Assembly (NCBI GenBank): GCA_049683055.1
Contig: JBAUIP010000209.1
Location: forward strand, 1-45,778
Direction of reading: 5' to 3'
DNA: 45,778 bases
Source: Pricia sp.
Lineage (GTDB): Bacteria > Bacteroidota > Bacteroidia > Flavobacteriales > Flavobacteriaceae
Shown: piece by piece, positions 43,001-45,778 of the stretch
Layout: each line of letters begins with the position of its first letter
Numbering within the stretch: position 1 is the first letter of the stretch
Notes under the pieces: generated by a model
What the model saw: the letters and a program-made list of their open reading frames with translations, nothing else
The model's database searches: none
Told to the model about the DNA's origin: nothing
Made by a program: the position numbers and the translations under genes

Positions 43001-43849
43001 TGTGGGATTGGTAGCAGGATTGTTGTCACCATCGGTATTGGCATCCTCAACGGTATCGAGAATTCCGTCGTTATCATCGTCCAAATCTACAGTATCGTTG
43101 ACGCCATCGCCATCCGTATCGGGACATATAATGGGAGTCAATCGGATGCGGATACCGTTAACAGGAAAGGTTGAGGTCGTGTAAAATTCAAGCTCGGATA
43201 CAAAGTCCTGCGACTCCCAAACGAACCGGTCCGGACCGTTGATGGCCGAGGATGTTGTGTTCTCCACAAAGTAGTTATCAGTACCCTCGTTATCGGCAAT
43301 GATACCGGAGGGCAACGGAGCTGTCTGTAGATATTCGACCCCATCCATGGAGCGGATGCCGTCACGCTGTCCGGCATCCACCCTTGGGGAATGCTCGGCG
43401 ACCAACATGACCGGAACGCTTCCGGAAAAGGTAAAGGTTGCCGGCAGGTCCTTATTCACCTCGAACAACTGAAGCGAACTCTTACTGCTCGCCCCACTGA
43501 CACTGACGATAATGCTTCCTTCGGGGAGACCCCATTTGGAGCTCAGGTCTACGTTTTCGGCGGAAAGGCTACCGTCCTGTACCCCATCCGCGAAGCCAAA
43601 ATCGGAAGTCCTCAATTCCTGCTGCTCTAGGATGGTACATCCTTCGAAATCCATCATTACGATTTCCTCGAGCATACGGGCCTTTGAACTGGGTGCTGGA
43701 TTGCCGATGCGATCGGGTAGCGAAGTTCCTTCGGAAAAAGTAGGAATCCCGTTGAATGACGAAGTCAGGACCAACAGCATAACCGCTGTGGCCAAGGAAA
43801 GTCCGTAGGCTACTTTTTTCCTTAAATTCGGTAGAGTAATTTTTTCCAT
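40052..43849 (-). CDS. 1265-aa T9SS type-B-CTD protein with four Asp-rich TSP3-like macro-repeats
   Basis: N-terminal hydrophobic segment; [39 protein letters not shown]. Confidence 0.9.
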   Translation of the reverse strand: MEKITLPNLRKKVAYGLSLATAVMLLVLTSSFNGIPTFSEGTSLPDRIGNPAPSSKARMLEEIVMMDFEGCTILEQQELRTSDFGFADGVQDGSLSAENVDLSSKWGLPEGSIIVSVSGASSKSSLQLFEVNKDLPATFTFSGSVPVMLVAEHSPRVDAGQRDGIRSMDGVEYLQTAPLPSGIIADNEGTDNYFVENTTSSAINGPDRFVWESQDFVSELEFYTTSTFPVNGIRIRLTPIICPDTDGDGVNDTVDLDDDNDGILDTVEDANTDGDNNPATNPTDLDGDGYPNYLDIDTDNDGIPDNVEAQSTDGYIPPNEDDAATYEANEGVNSAYIGGLDPFNFDGGENTSYEEQNSDNDLVPDNNEGNDFNFDGIPDQTLTGVDTDGDGLDDGYEGSDVNDGFDVNDEIDDPANDLPDTDNTDDVNYRDVDDDGDGILTVDEDVNGDGDPTNDDTDGDGTPNYLDPTDGGPDTDGDGVPDSADLDDDNDGILDAVEDPNIDQDNDPLTNPYDLDEDGYPNHLDIDSDNDGIPDNVEAQTTDGYIAPNDDDFDTAEANNGVNSAYPDGLTPVNTDGEDVEDYIDGDSDNDRVPDNNEGNDFDFDGIPDQTFTGTDTDRDGLDDGYEGSDTNDGFDVNDEINDPANDLPDTDGTEDVNYRDIDDDGDRIDTFEEDVDGDGDPTNDDTDNDGTPDYLDPNNENLDTDDDGVLDTADLDDDNDGLLDSVEDTNEDGDDDPSTNPTDTDGDGFPDYLDIDSDNDGLPDNIEAHTTDEYIAPIDDDEETYIANDGVNSAYPDGITPVNTDGEDTPDYIDEDSDNDSVPDNNEGNDFNFDGLPDQTFTGTDTDGDGLDDGYENGTVNDGFNFNDGIDDPVNQLPDTDGTEDVNYRDIDDDGDGIATPDEDADEDGDPTNDDTDNDGTPDYLDNDQDSDADTDGDGVPDTADLDDDNDGILDSVEDPNLDGDDNPLTDPLDSDNDGRPNHLDIDSDDDGLPDNVEAQTTDGYIVPNDDDEATYEANNGLNSAYPDGLEPVNTDGEDDPDYIDMDSDNDLVFDNIEGNDFNFDGEPDQEFTGTDTDNDGLDDGYEHGSIDDGFNFNDGIDDPANDLPDTDGTEDVNYRDIDDDGDGIDTPDEDIDEDGDPTNDDLDDDGTPSYLDPDESTDTEIVVMQMVTPNNDGKNEFLWIENVDLALNNSLQIFNRWGMPVYQGEGYNNQNNVFDGRSQGRTTINAAEYLPAGVYFYIFEYSTVDEDNVTDAGYIYISK
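40360..43120 (-). repeat. Four tandem ~690-bp (230-aa) repeats
   Basis: [22 protein letters not shown] units start at 43120, 42430, 41740 and 41047. Confidence 0.9.
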
Positions 43850-44222
43850 AGATGTTTAGTTTTCTATAAACTAATCACCATGGCACGTAGATTTTTGTAG
43901 GTGTAAGAGTTGGGTCGATTGTTAATGAATTTGCAAGATATAGTTAAAATCTTGATCGTCAAATTGTTTTAAATGCTTGGTTTGGAAATATCTTTCAAAG
44001 ACAGGTTTATTCGATAAAGAGAAGGTTTTTTAACCTTTTCGTTTGCCTTGCCTCGATTCTCGTGGCCAATAAACGTATGAAAATTGATAAGATAGAAGTA
44101 GAAGAAGTTTTCGACACGCCATATCGAGAAGGTCCTATCTGTTTTGAGCTTACATGATTTGTAAGAATATAATTTAGTTTTAAGACACTAAATCCGTCAA
44201 GCGATCAAAGCATTATTTCCCG

Positions 44223-44230
44223 TATTTTTG
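44223..44230 (+). promoter_or_regulatory. -7 element of prfC
   Basis: TATTTTTG 14 nt upstream of the ATG at 44245. Confidence 0.65.
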
Positions 44231-44244
44231 CACAAATTTTTGGG

Positions 44245-45778
44245 ATGAAATCATTTAAGGACCAAATCAATAAACGCCGGACGTTCGGTATCATTTCGCA
44301 TCCCGATGCCGGTAAGACGACCTTGACCGAAAAACTACTTTTGTTCGGGGGCGCCATTCAGGAAGCCGGGGCCGTCAAAAGCAATAAAATCAAAAAATCG
44401 GCTACCAGCGACTTTATGGAAATCGAGCGCCAACGCGGTATTTCGGTAGCTACTTCCGTTTTGGCTTTTTTGTATAAGGATAAGAAAATCAATATTCTCG
44501 ATACGCCCGGGCACAAAGATTTTGCAGAGGATACCTTCCGCACTTTGACCGCTGTCGACAGTGTCATCGTGGTCATCGATGTGGCCAAGGGCGTCGAGGC
44601 ACAGACCGAAAAATTGGTAGAAGTCTGTCGAATGCGGAACATTCCTATCATCGTATTCATCAACAAACTAGATCGCGAAGGAAAAGATGCCTTTGACCTA
44701 TTGGACGAACTGGAGCAAAAATTGGGACTCTCAGTCACGCCACTGAGTTTTCCCATCGGCATGGGGTACGATTTCAAGGGAATTTATAATATCTACGAAA
44801 AGAACATCAACCTGTTCAGCGGCAGCAGCAAGAAAAACATTGAGGAGACCATTGCCTTCGACGATATCAACAATCCGGAACTCGAAACCATTATCGGGAG
44901 TAAGGCGGCCGAAAACCTTCGGGGAAATCTGGAACTGGCCATGGGCGTCTATCCCGATTTCGACAAGAACCTCTACCTTGAAGGAAAGCAGCAACCCGTG
45001 TTTTTCGGCTCGGCCCTGAACAATTTCGGAGTGCGGGAGTTGTTGGACTGCTTTATTGAAATTGCCCCATCGCCCCGCCCCAAAAAGGCCGAGGAACGTA
45101 TGGTCGAGGCCAATGAAAAAGACATGACGGGATTTGTCTTTAAAATCCATGCCAACATGGATCCCAAGCACCGTGACCGTTTGGCCTTTGTAAAAGTAGT
45201 GTCGGGCACTTTCGAAAGGAACAAGCCCTACCTGCATGTTCGACAGGATAAGAAATTGAAGTTTTCCAGCCCCAACGCCTTTTTTGCAGAAAAGAAAGAA
45301 ATTGTGGATATTTCATATCCTGGTGATATTGTGGGCCTACACGATACGGGCAATTTTAAGATCGGTGACACCTTGACCGAAGGCGAGGAGCTACACTACA
45401 AGGGAATACCGAGTTTTTCGCCGGAACACTTTCGCTATATCAACAATGCGGACCCCATGAAGTCCAAACAACTATACAAAGGCATTGACCAGTTGATGGA
45501 TGAAGGTGTGGCACAGCTTTTTACCTTGGAAATGAACGGCAGAAAGGTTATTGGCACGGTGGGTGCCCTACAGTTCGAAGTCATTCAGTACCGTTTGGAA
45601 CATGAATACGGCGCGAAATGCACCTACGAGAATTTTCCGGTTTACAAAGCCTGTTGGGTAGACCCTAAGGATCCGAAAAATGAGGAATTCGAAGAGTTTC
45701 AGCGGGTAAAGCAGAAATTTCTGGCAACGGACAAAAGGGGACAGCTGGTATTTCTGGCCGATTCGCAGTTCTCTCTAC
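44245..45778 (+). CDS. prfC: Peptide chain release factor 3 (3' end outside the window)
   Basis: Manual translation [42 protein letters not shown]...[14 protein letters not shown]...DTPGHKDF. Missing from the ORF track because no stop codon falls in the window. Confidence 0.97.
   Translation, partial: MKSFKDQINKRRTFGIISHPDAGKTTLTEKLLLFGGAIQEAGAVKSNKIKKSATSDFMEIERQRGISVATSVLAFLYKDKKINILDTPGHKDFAEDTFRTLTAVDSVIVVIDVAKGVEAQTEKLVEVCRMRNIPIIVFINKLDREGKDAFDLLDELEQKLGLSVTPLSFPIGMGYDFKGIYNIYEKNINLFSGSSKKNIEETIAFDDINNPELETIIGSKAAENLRGNLELAMGVYPDFDKNLYLEGKQQPVFFGSALNNFGVRELLDCFIEIAPSPRPKKAEERMVEANEKDMTGFVFKIHANMDPKHRDRLAFVKVVSGTFERNKPYLHVRQDKKLKFSSPNAFFAEKKEIVDISYPGDIVGLHDTGNFKIGDTLTEGEELHYKGIPSFSPEHFRYINNADPMKSKQLYKGIDQLMDEGVAQLFTLEMNGRKVIGTVGALQFEVIQYRLEHEYGAKCTYENFPVYKACWVDPKDPKNEEFEEFQRVKQKFLATDKRGQLVFLADSQFSL

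Noticed and set aside
44358..45237. Minus-strand ORFs of 83-168 aa
   Set aside because: Antisense to the clear prfC reading frame.

Overview
Bacteroidota DNA, probably Flavobacteriaceae, judged from the T9SS gene families and TAnnTTTG promoters. Housekeeping genes lie on the left (DUF4369 lipoprotein, manA, bcp, a PTPS-family gene, idi) and on the right (prfC, truncated). Between them is a ~39 kb block of cell-surface genes, all on the minus strand. It has three T9SS type-B-CTD cargo genes, each followed directly by its own PorP/SprF-family barrel gene, and one PorE-like OmpA protein. It also has three large signal-peptide proteins with no recognisable T9SS CTD: a ~3650-aa fibre-like repeat protein ending in an unusual ~100-aa domain (...INVVFVVK), and two modular adhesins that both end in [12 protein letters not shown][KR]KN. 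The promoter regions of these three genes share one architecture: a -7 element plus two 9-bp direct repeats at a 21-bp period. Best candidate for an undescribed system (inference): a co-regulated surface-fibre and adhesin assembly whose CTD-less subunits use non-canonical C-terminal tags to be exported or docked through neighbouring type-B-CTD/PorP/PorE modules. Domain calls come from motif recognition by eye, not database searches.
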